Of a DNA stretch of 64,000 bases, positions 52,949 through 62,330 are shown in pieces. The translations under genes were made by a program, and so were the position numbers. Each line of letters starts with the position of its first letter. Position 1 is the stretch's first letter. This stretch comes from an uncultured Spirochaetaceae bacterium (GTDB lineage Bacteria; Spirochaetota; Spirochaetia; DSM-27196; SLST01), in the NCBI GenBank assembly GCA_964458555.1, contig CAYWJH010000001.1:52031-116030 (forward strand). The letters run 5' to 3'. The notes below the pieces were generated by a model. It was not told where the DNA came from, ran no database searches, and worked only from the letters and a program-made list of their open reading frames with translations.

Positions 52949-54724
52949 CGGCTTGGTGTGAAGCGCCTTGTCGAACTCGCTCCAGATCTGGTCGATCTGC
53001 TCGCGGCTCTTGGGCTTTGGTTTTGCCGGCCCCGGTGCGGGGCGGTGGCGGCGCCGGCTGACCGTTTCGGCCTTGTGCGATCGATTACCGGTTCCGCGGG
53101 ACCGCATGCCCGTCTCGTCTTCCGGCGGCGACGCCTCGCGACCGGCGCCGCGGCGCGCCGCGCCCTCGTCCGCGTAGGAGAGGCGCTGCCCACCGCGCGG
53201 GCCAAATCGCCGCGTGTACGTCGCGCGCAGGCTCTCGTGTCTTCCGGAGAGCCTGAGCAGAATCTGGCGGAAGACGCTCGTTCGCGCGAAGGCGTCGTCG
53301 AAGATCGCGACGAGGTTCAGCCCGAAGAGCTCGTTGAGCGGCCGCAGTTGTGACGTGTCAACGTCGAAGTACGGCGTCAGCACGCTCTTCAGCTCTTCGG
53401 TCGACACGCCCTCGCGTTTCTGCTTCGCGTCGTGGATGATCGCCTCCGCGATCAGCTGCGGGCGCGCGAGATACTCGCCGAGCAGCGGATGCTGCCGCTC
53501 GACGCGCCGCGCGATGTCTTCGTTGAACATCTCGCGGGAGCCGAAGACCTCGCCAATATCCGGGGAGCGGCCCCGAAGGAACGCTTCCATGATCTCGGCG
53601 TATTCGCTGGTGAGCCGACGGCTCATCTCGCCGCGGGCCTGCTCGAACGAGCCGCGGACGCGATCGGCGTGGATGTAGAGCCCGTGGATATAGAGGACTG
53701 TGGGCAGCCTGCGGCGGGGACGTGGGGTGAGTAGCTCGTCGTTCAGCTGGCTCGAGAAGCGCGTTGAAGCCGCGGCGAGCCGGGTCTGCGCGTCGTCGAC
53801 GAGACTCGAGAACTCTTCCTGCGGCATTACGCCCGCCGGCGCTTCGCGCACCCGGCGTGCCAGCGTCTCGATCTCTTCTGCGATAACCCCGTCGCTCTCC
53901 TTTTGCTGTCTTGCCTCTCCAATCTGCGCGTCGACGAACACCATCACGAGGTAGGCGAGCTGGAAGAGCTCGTCGTTCTCCTCGAAATTCTTGCGGAATG
54001 CGATCGTGGCCCGCTCTCTGACGATCGTCTGGGCGAGATCGTGCCATACGTCCGGCGCCTTGCTCTCGAGCCGCTGGCGGACTTCCGTGATGCTGGTATC
54101 CTTGATTCGGGCGACCTCTTCGAGCACGCCGCGCTCGCTGAGGTCGCGCTTGAGCACCTGGATCGCCCGCAGGACGAGCGGCTTCGCCGTGGCGGAGGTG
54201 AAGATGACGCGAAACTCGTCCATGAGCCTGAGGCGATAGATCGTTCCGGCCTGTGTGCCTCCTGCGTAGGCAGCGGCGAGCTGGGACGAGTCCGCCTCTA
54301 CGACGTGGTAGTCAGGAGGCAGCGCGCCGTGCTCGCGCATTCGTTCCTGCGACGGGAGGACGCGAAAGTCGGCCGCGAGGATCCGGCGAACTATCTCGTC
54401 GACGAGCGCCGCCCAGAAGTCGGGGCTTCCGGCGCTTGTAAGGATGATCTGGTCGGGCTCTCTCTCGCCATCCTCCGCTGTGGTTGTGAGGTATCCGATC
54501 TCCGCGCTGCGAAGCTTCGTCATCAGGCGTTCGAGTGCCGTCTGCTCCTGCTCAGGACTCCCTTCCGCGCTTCTAATGAAGCGTTTCGCATCGATACGGG
54601 GCGACCACGCGTCGCAGAGGCGCTGAAAGAGCTCTCGCTCGGTTGGCGAGAAGCTGCCTATCTGGGAGAGAAGCTCGTCCCGGCCTCGGGAATCGAAACT
54701 GACGAAGTCCGGCTGTGTGCTCAT
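52928..54724 (-). CDS. Hypothetical 598-aa predominantly helical protein with a basic, low-complexity C-terminal tail
   Basis: From ATG 54724 (MSTQPDFVSFDSRG...). High GC3. No catalytic motif was recognised. The tail is ...RRRHRPAPGPAKPKPKSREQ. Confidence 0.65.
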   Translation of the reverse strand: MSTQPDFVSFDSRGRDELLSQIGSFSPTERELFQRLCDAWSPRIDAKRFIRSAEGSPEQEQTALERLMTKLRSAEIGYLTTTAEDGEREPDQIILTSAGSPDFWAALVDEIVRRILAADFRVLPSQERMREHGALPPDYHVVEADSSQLAAAYAGGTQAGTIYRLRLMDEFRVIFTSATAKPLVLRAIQVLKRDLSERGVLEEVARIKDTSITEVRQRLESKAPDVWHDLAQTIVRERATIAFRKNFEENDELFQLAYLVMVFVDAQIGEARQQKESDGVIAEEIETLARRVREAPAGVMPQEEFSSLVDDAQTRLAAASTRFSSQLNDELLTPRPRRRLPTVLYIHGLYIHADRVRGSFEQARGEMSRRLTSEYAEIMEAFLRGRSPDIGEVFGSREMFNEDIARRVERQHPLLGEYLARPQLIAEAIIHDAKQKREGVSTEELKSVLTPYFDVDTSQLRPLNELFGLNLVAIFDDAFARTSVFRQILLRLSGRHESLRATYTRRFGPRGGQRLSYADEGAARRGAGREASPPEDETGMRSRGTGNRSHKAETVSRRRHRPAPGPAKPKPKSREQIDQIWSEFDKALHTKPSKEDPS

Positions 54725-54735
54725 CGCGCCGTGGA

Positions 54736-54915
54736 CTACCTCGCGTGCATCGGAGTCGGTCGCACCCGTACAAGGAGTGTACCACACCGCGGACAGTGTC
54801 GCAGCGTGAACTCCTTGTCGTGCTCGCGGACGGTGGTAGAGGCGTGATCGGCGCGGGCGGCAGGGAGTAATGCGGCGCCGCACGCGCTGCAGGTGTCGCG
54901 GGTTATCTGGTCCAT
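54736..54915 (-). CDS. Small Cys4 zinc-ribbon protein (59 aa)
   Basis: GGTGGAG lies 6 nt upstream of ATG 54915. The pattern is CSAC-(x28)-CPRC. The stop is 11 nt before the next gene. Confidence 0.55.
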   Translation of the reverse strand: MDQITRDTCSACGAALLPAARADHASTTVREHDKEFTLRHCPRCGTLLVRVRPTPMHAR

Positions 54916-54986
54916 GAGCGTCTCCACCTAGATTGTCGGGAGAAAAGGTGGCAACGATGAGAGCGCTCCCCCGCGGTCTCAGTTGG

Positions 54987-55817
54987 TCAGGGCGCGCTGC
55001 TCGGGTCCCAGCCGACTCGGAGGTTCTCGTGGAGCGAGTCCATCGCGTCCACGTCGCGGAGCGAGATCTCGAAGTCGAAGATGTCTGCCCGGTCGGCGAT
55101 CTCCTGCGGGTCGAGCGACCTGACGAGCACCCCGACGCCCTTCTGGAGCGCCCAGCGGAGCAGCAGTTGGGCCGGGCTCTTGCCGTACGGTCCCGCGATC
55201 TCGCTCAGCCGCCGTTCCCGGCGACGCGTCTGCTTCGAGACGGGGGTATGCGTCTGGACGAGTATCTCCTTCCGGCGGCACCACTCGTGGAGACGGCGTT
55301 GGTTGAGAAACGGGTTGAACTCCACCTGGTTGACCGCGGGGAGTACGCCGGTCTCGTCGACGATCTCGTCGATGTGTTTGATCGCGAAGTTGCTCACACC
55401 GATCGCCCGGCAGCGACCGTCCTCGTAGAGCTTCCCGAGCGCGCGCCAGCTCTCGCGGCGCAGCCTGATCAGCGGGAAGTGGATCATATAGAGGTCGATA
55501 TACTCGACTTGCAGCAACTCGAGCGACCGGTCGAAGGCGGCCAGCGTCCGGTCGTAGCCCAGATCGGAGTTCCACACCTTCGTCGCGAGGAAGACGTCGT
55601 CGCGCGGGATCGCGGCAGCGCGTAGTCCGCGGCCGACATCCGCCTCGTTCTCGTAGACGCTCGCGGTGTCGATGAGACGGTAGCCGTTCTCCAGCGCCGC
55701 GATCACCGCGCCCCTGGTGTCGTCTTCCTCGCCCGGCTGGGTGCAGCCGAGGCCGAACATCGGCATGCGTGTACCGTTGTTCAGTCGTACTGTCGACCGC
55801 GGACTCGAAATCGCCAA
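54987..55817 (-). CDS. Aldo/keto reductase (2,5-diketo-D-gluconate reductase-like)
   Basis: GGAGG lies 4 nt upstream of TTG 55817. Motifs VRLNNGTRMPMFGLG, LIDTASVYENE, IDLYMIHFP. The product is 276 aa. The longer track ORF adds an Arg-rich extension. Confidence 0.85.
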   Translation of the reverse strand: MAISSPRSTVRLNNGTRMPMFGLGCTQPGEEDDTRGAVIAALENGYRLIDTASVYENEADVGRGLRAAAIPRDDVFLATKVWNSDLGYDRTLAAFDRSLELLQVEYIDLYMIHFPLIRLRRESWRALGKLYEDGRCRAIGVSNFAIKHIDEIVDETGVLPAVNQVEFNPFLNQRRLHEWCRRKEILVQTHTPVSKQTRRRERRLSEIAGPYGKSPAQLLLRWALQKGVGVLVRSLDPQEIADRADIFDFEISLRDVDAMDSLHENLRVGWDPSSAP

Positions 55818-55983
55818 AACGCCTCCCCGCTGATGCGCTGAACCGAGGATACCAACCGGTGCCAACCGCGTAAAGGCCGCGTCCGCGGTCGACCGGGCCG
55901 GGCGGCCGCGACGCCTGGGGCGTCTGGACGGTAGCCTTCGGGGTCCACAGCTACTATACTCTCCGGCAAAGAGGTGCTTCGTC

Positions 55984-57012
55984 GTGTTGATGTATCTGAC
56001 ATTCCCCGACTGGCTGCGCGCGGAGATCATCCCCGGACTCCCGTTCCGATGGTACGGCCTGATGTACCTGATCGCTTTCGCGATCACGTACGTGCTGTTC
56101 ATGGTTCAGGTGAAGCAGCGCAAACTCGATGCCGACCAGGACACGGTCGTGAACTTCTTTTTCTGGGGTATCATCGGCCTGCTGATCGGCGCCAGACTCT
56201 TTTCGGCGCTCTTTTTCGACCCCACCGGCATCTACCTTCGGCGACCGTGGCTCATCTTCTGGCCGTTTCGCGACGGGCAGTTCGTGGGCCTGCAGGGCAT
56301 GAACTACTACGGCGGGCTCGTCGGCGCGATCGTGGGGTTCGTGATCTACGCGCGAGTGAAGAAGATCGACATCCTGGACTGGGGCGATATGCTCGTGGCC
56401 GGCATCCCGCTCGGCTATACCTTCGGCCGGATAGGCAACTTCATCAATGCAGAGCTCTACGGTCGCGTGACGACCGCTTCGTGGGGCGTGCTCTTTCCCA
56501 ACGCGCGTCGCTTCCGGGCTTCCGAAGACTGGGTGCAGGAGTGGGCGGCTGAGGTCGGTATTGAGGCCGGAGGCGCGGACGCGCTGGTGAACCTGCCGCG
56601 CCATCCGACGCAGCTCTACGAGGCTTTCGCCGAGGGTGTTCTCCTGTGGCTCATCATCTGGTTCGTCGTGCGCAAACACAAGCCGTACAACGGCTTCATC
56701 GTGGGGTCCTACGTCATCGCCTACGGGCTCTTTCGCTACGTCATCGACTACTTCCGGATGCCCATATCCGCTTCCGACTTCGCCGTTCGTCTCGTGGACA
56801 CGGGGTTGCCGGTGTACTTCGTACAGTCGCCGCTCAACCTCATCCCGAGCCAGCTCTACAGCCTCGCGATGATCGTCGGCGGAGCGCTCTTTCTGCTCGT
56901 CGTCTCACGACGCGCCGGGCGGCTCGAGCCCGACTCGACCGGTGATCCAGAGGACGGAAGCGGCAACGGCCGGAACACGTCGCTGAGGAAGCTGCGCAAG
57001 AAGATCAAGTAG
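55984..57012 (+). CDS. lgt: Prolipoprotein diacylglyceryl transferase
   Basis: 342 aa. Motifs WYGLMYLIAF, GRIGNFINAELYGRVT, HPTQLYEAFAEG. Confidence 0.9.
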   Translation: MLMYLTFPDWLRAEIIPGLPFRWYGLMYLIAFAITYVLFMVQVKQRKLDADQDTVVNFFFWGIIGLLIGARLFSALFFDPTGIYLRRPWLIFWPFRDGQFVGLQGMNYYGGLVGAIVGFVIYARVKKIDILDWGDMLVAGIPLGYTFGRIGNFINAELYGRVTTASWGVLFPNARRFRASEDWVQEWAAEVGIEAGGADALVNLPRHPTQLYEAFAEGVLLWLIIWFVVRKHKPYNGFIVGSYVIAYGLFRYVIDYFRMPISASDFAVRLVDTGLPVYFVQSPLNLIPSQLYSLAMIVGGALFLLVVSRRAGRLEPDSTGDPEDGSGNGRNTSLRKLRKKIK

Positions 57013-57021
57013 GCGTATGCC

Positions 57022-58203
57022 ATGTACGGTTTCCTGTTCTACGTGCTGAAACACACGTACGGTCGGGTCCTTCGGTGGTGGTTCGCGGTCCGCGCCAGCG
57101 GTCGACCCATGCTCGCCTCGCTCGAGCCGCCGTACCTCCTGCTCTCCAACCACGTGAGCATGTGGGACCCTCCGTTGGTGGGCATCTTCCTGAAGCACCC
57201 GCCGCGATTTCTCGCGACGGACAACATGTTCCGAACGACGCTGTCGCGGCTCTTCTACACGCTGGTCGGCGCGATTCCGAAGTCGAAGGACCAGCCTGAC
57301 CTCGCCGCCGTGCTCGCTGCCCGCCGCGCGGCCGATCAGGGCGCCGTCGTCGCCGTCTTTCCCGAAGGACGTCGCACCTGGGATGGGCGAACGCTCCCCG
57401 TTCACCCGGCCACGGCGAGGCTGCCGCGACTGTTGCGCGCGCCGGTCGTCGTTGCGGACATCGACGGGGGGTATCTGTCGCGTCCACGGTGGGCGAGAGC
57501 GGGCAGGCGTGGCCGCGTCGTCGTTCGCTACCGGCGGATCCTGACCGCGCGCGAGGCGGTTGAGCTTCCGGAACGGGAGATCGAGCGGCGCGTGGTCGCC
57601 TCGCTCGACCGCGATGCGGACGACGCGCAGCGCCGCGAACGCGTGCGGTACCGCGGGCGCCGGCTCGCCGAGCACATCGAGCTCTACCTCGTGCGGTGTA
57701 TCTGCCGTGCCTACGGCAGCTACCGCAGCCGGGGCGACCGCTTCTGGTGCGTCGAGTGCGGGAGAACCGGGAAGTTCAACGAGCTCGGGCGAATCGAGGG
57801 CTACGATTTCGAGACCATCTCAGAGCTCTCCGACTGGCAGCACCGTGTGCTCGATCCAGAGCTGCTCGCCTGGCCGACCTCCGGACGGGTGCTGCGGCAA
57901 GCCGGGGCACGGCTGCTGCGCGCGTTCGGGCGCCACGGCTATCGACCGGTGGCGCAGGGGGAAGCGGTTCTCACCGCGCGGACGATAACCGTCGCAGCCC
58001 ACGCGGTGCCACTCGATCTCGTCCACGCCTGCAATATGCAGAACGACAACTCGATCGAGTTCACGCGCGGGCGGTCTCGCTATCGGCTCGAACAACCGCC
58101 GCGGCGTGTTCAGTATCATCGAGCGCCCTACTACCTGTGGATGCGCGTCATGCAGGAATGCTCGCGGTCGCTCCGCGAGCCTCCGCAGGGCACAGCCCCG
58201 TGA
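57022..58203 (+). CDS. PlsC-family acyltransferase with a C-terminal extension containing a Cys-rich (zinc-ribbon-like) segment
   Basis: Acyltransferase motifs SNHVSMWDP (NHxxxxD) and VFPEGRRTWDG. The extension contains CICRAYGSYRSRGDRFWCVECG. Confidence 0.75.
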   Translation: MYGFLFYVLKHTYGRVLRWWFAVRASGRPMLASLEPPYLLLSNHVSMWDPPLVGIFLKHPPRFLATDNMFRTTLSRLFYTLVGAIPKSKDQPDLAAVLAARRAADQGAVVAVFPEGRRTWDGRTLPVHPATARLPRLLRAPVVVADIDGGYLSRPRWARAGRRGRVVVRYRRILTAREAVELPEREIERRVVASLDRDADDAQRRERVRYRGRRLAEHIELYLVRCICRAYGSYRSRGDRFWCVECGRTGKFNELGRIEGYDFETISELSDWQHRVLDPELLAWPTSGRVLRQAGARLLRAFGRHGYRPVAQGEAVLTARTITVAAHAVPLDLVHACNMQNDNSIEFTRGRSRYRLEQPPRRVQYHRAPYYLWMRVMQECSRSLREPPQGTAP

Positions 58204-58257
58204 TGCTCACGCTGGCTTAACCGGCGCGCGCCAGCGTGGGTATACTGAAGACAGCGA

Positions 58258-59346
58258 ATGGCGAGGCACGAGTTCAGTCTTGAAAACCTCACGGGTCTCT
58301 ACGACGGCACACCGGTGCTCCAGCTCGCTCCCGACGAGCGGATCGTCGTTTTCAGCGATCTGCACCTGGGGAACGGAGGCCGGACCGACGACTTCGAACC
58401 CAATTCGGAGATGTTCTTCCGCGTGCTGCACGACTACTACCTCGCAGGCGGGCACAGCCTGATCCTCAACGGCGACGTCGAGGAGCTGCAGCGCTTCCGC
58501 CTCGCCGATGTTCTGCGCGCGTGGCGGCCGATCTACGACCTCTTCGACCGCTTCGATCGCGATGGGCGGCTCTTCAGGCTCGTCGGAAACCACGACCTGG
58601 ACCTCATGGACCGAAGCGACCATCCCTTCCTCGTCCGGGACGCGCTGCGGTTCTCGTACCACGACAACTCCATTTTCGTCTTCCACGGTCATCAGACGTC
58701 GGTCAGGTTCGAAAAGTACAACAAGCTCGTCGGATTCGGGCTGCGCTACTTCGCGAACCCGCTGAAGATCAAGAACTATTCGGTCGCCCACGACAGCCTG
58801 AAGCGGTTTCGCACCGAGGAGCGCGTCTACGAGTTCGCCTCCCGGAACAAGGTGCTGTCGATCATCGGTCATACGCATCGGCCGCTGTTCGAGTCGATGA
58901 GCAAGGTCGATTCGATCAAGTTCGAGGTCGAGCGGCTCTGCCGCAAGTACCCGAAGGCAAGCGCGAAGAAACAGACGAAGATCGAACGCGCGATCGCGAA
59001 CTACCGCAACGAGCTCGAGGGGATCGACCTCGACGAAGACCCCGGTGCGAGCGTCGCGAGCCTCTACAACGCGAATCTCGTCGTGCCGTGCATGTTCAAC
59101 TCCGGGACCGTCATCGGGAAGCGTGGAATGACCTGTATCGAGATCGGCGAAGGACGGATCTCTCTCGTGCATTGGTTCGACGACCGTCGCAGCGACAAGT
59201 ACCTGCGCTACGCGAACTACGACACCGAGCAACTGCCGGGCACCGACTTCCACCGGGTCGAGATCAAGGGCGATAGCCTCGACTACATCTTCACGCGAAT
59301 CAAGCTCCTCGCCGGCTCACCGGATGCCGCGGTGCAGAGCCGGTGA
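58258..59346 (+). CDS. Metallophosphoesterase (calcineurin-like)
   Basis: Motifs FSDLHLG, LNGDVEE, VGNHD, FHGHQ, IIGHTHRP. Confidence 0.85.
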   Translation: MARHEFSLENLTGLYDGTPVLQLAPDERIVVFSDLHLGNGGRTDDFEPNSEMFFRVLHDYYLAGGHSLILNGDVEELQRFRLADVLRAWRPIYDLFDRFDRDGRLFRLVGNHDLDLMDRSDHPFLVRDALRFSYHDNSIFVFHGHQTSVRFEKYNKLVGFGLRYFANPLKIKNYSVAHDSLKRFRTEERVYEFASRNKVLSIIGHTHRPLFESMSKVDSIKFEVERLCRKYPKASAKKQTKIERAIANYRNELEGIDLDEDPGASVASLYNANLVVPCMFNSGTVIGKRGMTCIEIGEGRISLVHWFDDRRSDKYLRYANYDTEQLPGTDFHRVEIKGDSLDYIFTRIKLLAGSPDAAVQSR

Positions 59347-59423
59347 TCTCGATCGCGACGTTCTTGTAGGCGCGCGGCGCCTCTGGTACCATTTCCGTGC
59401 GAACCATGAGGGAGGATATGCAT

Positions 59424-60290
59424 ATGAAGATCGCGTTTATCGGCACCGGGGTCATGGGCAAGAGTATGGCGGGGCACCTGCTCTCCGCCGGGCACGATCT
59501 GACCGTATACAATCGAACGAAGAGCAAGGCGCAGGAGCTCGTTGACGGGGGGGCGGCCTGGGCCGATTCACCCGGCGAGGCGGCGAAGGACGCCGAGGTC
59601 GTCTTTACGATCGTCGGTTTTCCGCAGGACGTCGAGGAAGTCTATTTCGGCGACGCCGGCATCGTCGACCGCGCGTCGGACGGAGCGATCCTCGTGGACA
59701 TGACCACCTCGCGCCCCGATCTCGCGGTGCGCATCGCGGAAGCCGCCGTCGAGAAGGGCATGCAGGCGCTCGACGCGCCGGTCTCCGGCGGCGATGTGGG
59801 CGCGCGCGAGGCGCGCCTGTCGATCATGGTGGGTGGGCCACAGGCCGCCTACGACACCGTGAAGCCGCTCTTCGACCTCATGGGGGCAAACATCGTGCTT
59901 CAGGGTCCGGCGGGTAGCGGTCAGCACACCAAGATGTGCAATCAGATCGCGATCGCCGCCGGGATGTTGGGGGTCTGCGAGTCCATGGCGTACGCGAAGG
60001 CGTCCGGCCTCGACCCGGAGACGGTACTGGAGAGCATCGCCTCCGGCGCCGCCGGCTCGTGGAGCCTGAGTAATCTCGCGCCGCGCATGATCGCCGGCAA
60101 CTTCGCGCCGGGCTTCTACGTCAAGCACTTCATCAAGGATCTCAATATCGCGATCGAGAGCGCCGAGGCGATGAGCCTCGATCTGCCCGGTCTTGCGCTC
60201 GCGCGTAAGCTCTACGTCGAGCTCGCCGAAGCCGGTGGCGAGAGCGACGGCACGCAGGCGCTGTTCAAGCTGTATACCGGGCAGCTGTAG
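59424..60290 (+). CDS. Beta-hydroxyacid dehydrogenase (3-hydroxyisobutyrate dehydrogenase family)
   Basis: GGGAGG upstream. The N-terminus is MKIAFIGTGVMGKSMAGHL, and other motifs are DAPVSGG and GSGQHTKMCNQI. Confidence 0.85.
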   Translation: MKIAFIGTGVMGKSMAGHLLSAGHDLTVYNRTKSKAQELVDGGAAWADSPGEAAKDAEVVFTIVGFPQDVEEVYFGDAGIVDRASDGAILVDMTTSRPDLAVRIAEAAVEKGMQALDAPVSGGDVGAREARLSIMVGGPQAAYDTVKPLFDLMGANIVLQGPAGSGQHTKMCNQIAIAAGMLGVCESMAYAKASGLDPETVLESIASGAAGSWSLSNLAPRMIAGNFAPGFYVKHFIKDLNIAIESAEAMSLDLPGLALARKLYVELAEAGGESDGTQALFKLYTGQL

Positions 60291-60332
60291 CCGCTTATTT
60301 CGCCGGAACGAGTCCGGATCGCCGTGCCGGCC

Positions 60333-61568
60333 TCATTCCTCGAGCACGTAGATCTCCACGCGCCTGTTCTGCGCGCGTCCGGCCTCGGTCGCGTTCGTCG
60401 CGACCGGCTCGCTGCCGCCGCGTCCTTCAATGTCGATGCGATCCGGGCTGATGCCGCGGCTGGCGAGCTCGGCGGCGATCGTGCGCGCCCGTTCGACCGA
60501 CAGCCGCCGCTGGCTCTCCTCGGTTCCCACGTCGGCGGTGTGTCCCACGACGAGAAACCGTGCCTGCTCGACCTCTTCTATCGCGGAGGCGACGGTGTCG
60601 AGCCGCCCGCGCTCGCCGGGAAGCAGGACGGCCTGGTCAGGCAGGAATCGAAGCGCGCGCACAGTGAGCCGTACGCCCGTGTCGGTCTCGTCGACGCTGA
60701 TATCGGTCGACTCGTCGTCGATCCGCGCGCGGACCTCGTCGGCGACGCGCCGTCGGGACTCGAGCGTCAGTCCTGAGAGGAACAGGAGCGTGTGGCCCTC
60801 GTGCACGAGCGTGGTGCCGTCGCCGAATCGGTACTCCTCGGTGAGCTCGTCGCGTATGAACGCGACCTGCCCGGCGCCGGTCGTGAGACCCGACTCGGGC
60901 AGCAGGATCGTGACGCGATGGCCGCCGGTGACCGAGGCTATGGCGCCGCTGTAGTCGACGACCGGCGCGTCGGGATCGTCGCTCGGCGGCAGCGGATAGC
61001 GGGTTGCGAAGCGCGCCTCCACCCGGAGCGTCGGGGCGCCGTTCCAGCTCTCCCGGCCGGCGAATCGGTAGTCGACGACGACCGGCAGCCGCAGCGGGTT
61101 TCCGTCGCGACGCGGGTCGATCGTCACCCACGCCTGCGCGTCCCAGCGCGCTCCAGGAGCAAGACGCTCGGCGGGGAACTGCAGGAGGTGCCCCATGGAG
61201 GGGTAGGACCCGTCGCCGCCGAAGAGCGTGGTCGCCGAGATCTCGACCGTCGACTCGAGCGAGCGGTCCACCGGTCGCGCGACCTGCTGCATGTCGCGTC
61301 GAACCTGCTCGAAGAGAAAAAAGCGGCCGCGGTACGCGGGCGCTTCGCTGCGCGAGAGATATCCGGTAACCTGTCGGGAGAGCAGCCCGGCGTAGCGTCC
61401 GTTCTCGCGCGTGGAGAGGTTGCTGCGCTCGGAGACCCGGATGCGGTCGGGCGGGACGAGGCCGACCGCGAGGTCGGCCTGCTGCGCGCGCGCGGGCGTC
61501 GGCGTGGTCGCGACGAGCATCGCGGCGAGCGCTGTGAATGCGCGGCGGCGGCCGCGGGTAGTAGTCAT
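60333..61568 (-). CDS. OmpA-C-like (peptidoglycan-binding) domain protein with a signal peptide and an unknown N-terminal domain
   Basis: From ATG 61568: MTTTRGRRRAFTALAAMLVATTPTPARA. The C-terminus reads VVGHTADVGTEESQRRLSVERA...NRRVEIYV. Confidence 0.8.
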   Translation of the reverse strand: MTTTRGRRRAFTALAAMLVATTPTPARAQQADLAVGLVPPDRIRVSERSNLSTRENGRYAGLLSRQVTGYLSRSEAPAYRGRFFLFEQVRRDMQQVARPVDRSLESTVEISATTLFGGDGSYPSMGHLLQFPAERLAPGARWDAQAWVTIDPRRDGNPLRLPVVVDYRFAGRESWNGAPTLRVEARFATRYPLPPSDDPDAPVVDYSGAIASVTGGHRVTILLPESGLTTGAGQVAFIRDELTEEYRFGDGTTLVHEGHTLLFLSGLTLESRRRVADEVRARIDDESTDISVDETDTGVRLTVRALRFLPDQAVLLPGERGRLDTVASAIEEVEQARFLVVGHTADVGTEESQRRLSVERARTIAAELASRGISPDRIDIEGRGGSEPVATNATEAGRAQNRRVEIYVLEE

Positions 61569-61629
61569 GCAGGTAGAGTACGCATAACCGGGTGACGGAT
61601 TCCACCGTTGCCGGTGTTCGAGGGGTTGT

Positions 61630-62301
61630 ATGGATCCGAATAAACGCACACGGCTCATTTCCACGCTCGGCATTGTGGCGGTCATCGTCGTGCTCGCCGT
61701 CGTCGTGGTCCGCTTCATCGGCGGCGAGATGGTCGCGCTCGATCTGTCCGCGGACCCGAGCGGTTTCACCGGGATCTCGTCGGTCGGTGGATGGAAGATC
61801 ACCGTCCGTCGCGGCGAATACGACGTCGCGGTCCGGGTGAGCGAACGCTCGGCCGACGACGTCCGGGTGGAGGTTCGCGACGGAGCGCTTCTCCTCGGCG
61901 TCGCCCCGGGCATGCGGGCCGTCACCGACACCCTCGAGGCGACGGTTTCGCTTCCCCGCCTCGACCGGCTGCAGATCGACGGTGGGGCGGAGGTGCGTCT
62001 CGACGAGGTCGTATCCGACAGCCTCGCCGTCGACGTCGACGGGGCCGCGTCGATCACGGCGACCGGCGGTCGGTACGGACGACTCGAGGTCGAGGTCGAC
62101 GGCGCGGCGAACGTCGACTTCGCCGACACCGCGGTCTTCGACGCGGACATCGACCTGGACGGCGCCTCGAACCTGAGCATCACCATGGCCGGCGGGACGC
62201 TGACCGGCTACTTGCGCGGCGTGGGCAACGTCAGCTACGGTGGTGAGGTCGCGGACGAGTCGGTCCGGGTCGAAGGACTCGGGACGGTTCGAGCGCGATA
62301 G
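61630..62301 (+). CDS. DUF2807-like (adhesin-head GIN domain) membrane-anchored protein
   Basis: N-terminal TM LISTLGIVAVIVVLAVVVV, followed by repeated beta-helix-like units (LAVDVDGAASI, LEVEVDGAANV, ADIDLDGASNL). Confidence 0.7.
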   Translation: MDPNKRTRLISTLGIVAVIVVLAVVVVRFIGGEMVALDLSADPSGFTGISSVGGWKITVRRGEYDVAVRVSERSADDVRVEVRDGALLLGVAPGMRAVTDTLEATVSLPRLDRLQIDGGAEVRLDEVVSDSLAVDVDGAASITATGGRYGRLEVEVDGAANVDFADTAVFDADIDLDGASNLSITMAGGTLTGYLRGVGNVSYGGEVADESVRVEGLGTVRAR

Positions 62302-62330
62302 CCGGCGACGATGTCGGCGAAGGAGCCACG

